Source: an uncultured Actinomycetes bacterium | Lineage (GTDB): Bacteria > Actinomycetota > UBA4738 > HRBIN12 | Direction: 5' to 3' | DNA: 64,000 nucleotides | Assembly (NCBI GenBank): GCA_963728665.1 | Contig: CAVSLG010000006.1 | Coordinates: 36,072 to 100,071, forward strand | In this document: positions 63,285-64,000 of the stretch, in pieces | How the letters are laid out: each line of letters starts with the position of its first letter | Numbering within the stretch: position 1 is the first letter of the stretch | Position numbers and translations under genes: made by a program | Notes under the pieces: generated by a model | The model's database searches: none | The model's input: the letters and a program-made list of their open reading frames with translations, nothing else | Told to the model about the DNA's origin: nothing

Positions 63285-63359
63285 CGCTCCACGGCTCGTG
63301 CCGCGTCGACGCAGGCGAACGCCGAACGTGCACATCGGATCGATGGGGCGCCGCCCGGC

Positions 63360-63947
63360 TCATCGATCGACGCGGTACCGGATGTGGGTCACGGACGGCG
63401 ATCCGACCACATCGATCGGGTGCAGCTGCACGCCGTCGAAGGCCGCGCCATCGAACAGGGGGACACAGTCGCCGCCGAGGAAGGTCGGCACGAGGTCGAT
63501 GCGAAGCTCATCGAGCAGACCCATCCGCAGGCACTGCATGACGGTCTGAGCTCCGCCGGCGACGGCGACGGGCTCGCCGCCCGCCGCCTCGACGGCCCGA
63601 TGGACCGCCCGCTCGACCCCCTCGGTCACGAACGAAAACGTCGTCGGGCCCCTCACGAGCGGGTCGTGTGCCCGGTGGGTCACGACGAACACCGGCATGC
63701 CGAACGCTCCGTCGTCGCCCCAGGGTTCCACACCGTGGTCGAACATGCGCCGGCCGATCACGACCGCTCGACTGCGAGCGAGCGGGCCCGCCGCGATCTC
63801 GGCATCGGGGCCGTCGGCGTCGAAGAACCACTCGTGCAGACGCTCGCCACCGTCCCCGAGTGGGTTGCCGGGCCGGTCGTTCGGGCCGGCGATGCATCCG
63901 TCGAGCGACACCGACATCCACGCGTGCACGACTCCCATCGCGCTCAC
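63360..63947 (-). CDS. Dihydrofolate reductase family protein (RibD_C), paralog 6
   Basis: VHAWMSVSLDGCIAGP, MPVFVVTH and VAGGAQTVMQCLRMGLLDELRIDLVPTFLGGD. Confidence 0.85.
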   Translation of the reverse strand: MSAMGVVHAWMSVSLDGCIAGPNDRPGNPLGDGGERLHEWFFDADGPDAEIAAGPLARSRAVVIGRRMFDHGVEPWGDDGAFGMPVFVVTHRAHDPLVRGPTTFSFVTEGVERAVHRAVEAAGGEPVAVAGGAQTVMQCLRMGLLDELRIDLVPTFLGGDCVPLFDGAAFDGVQLHPIDVVGSPSVTHIRYRVDR

Positions 63948-63950
63948 GGC

Positions 63951-64000
63951 TCAGCCGCCGCGTACGTGAGGTGCACGACGCCGGTTGAGAAGGTGCTCGA
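63951..64000 (-). CDS. 3' end of an unidentified gene (rest lies beyond the window end)
   Basis: The minus-strand frame reads ...STFSTGVVHLTYAAA-stop (TGA at 63951-53). Too short to classify. Confidence 0.3.
   Translation of the reverse strand, partial: EHLLNRRRAPHVRGG

Overview
64-kb segment, roughly 70% G+C judged from sampled lines, with gene content typical of a high-GC actinobacterial chromosome (inference). I support about 70 protein-coding genes on both strands. I recognised no rRNA, tRNA, CRISPR array, transposase, integrase or phage gene. Many adjacent genes share 4-nt ATGA/GTGA stop/start overlaps, so operon calls are fairly firm.

Content falls into three groups:
(1) Signalling and regulation. 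Five class III nucleotidyl-cyclase genes, one decayed. Two paralogous membrane-spanning nSTAND-type NTPases with swapped modules: cyclase-NTPase-TM-WD40 at 2416-6477 and SARP-NTPase-TM-BMP at 44520-47717. Also a LuxR/LAL ATPase regulator, two ECF sigma plus membrane-partner pairs, two ArsR, one TetR, one XRE-cupin and one AraC regulator.
(2) Expanded small-molecule and stress families. Six RibD_C/DHFR-family genes, five VOC/glyoxalase, four alpha/beta hydrolases, two PPOX, plus DinB-like, GNAT, NUDIX and PAP2.
(3) Transport. Two MFS genes and a DrrAB-like ABC pair.

The most interesting candidates are:
(a) the two modular transmembrane STAND receptors, one tightly linked to a Cys-rich lipoprotein;
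(b) a DUF1772 / membrane cyclase / standalone OLD-type TOPRIM module with an ancestral GTGA coupling, now decayed, whose TOPRIM gene is duplicated about 15 kb away;
(c) an RHH-DUF4097-ABC operon preceded by five TGGCAT/ATGCCA half-sites phased at exactly 11 bp;
(d) a patatin-like phospholipase with a membrane insert.

The window is also unusually rich in frameshifted, truncated or internally deleted genes (at least 10). This is either real gene decay or, for the single-nucleotide indels, assembly error. All family names come from motif recognition by eye. No database search was run.
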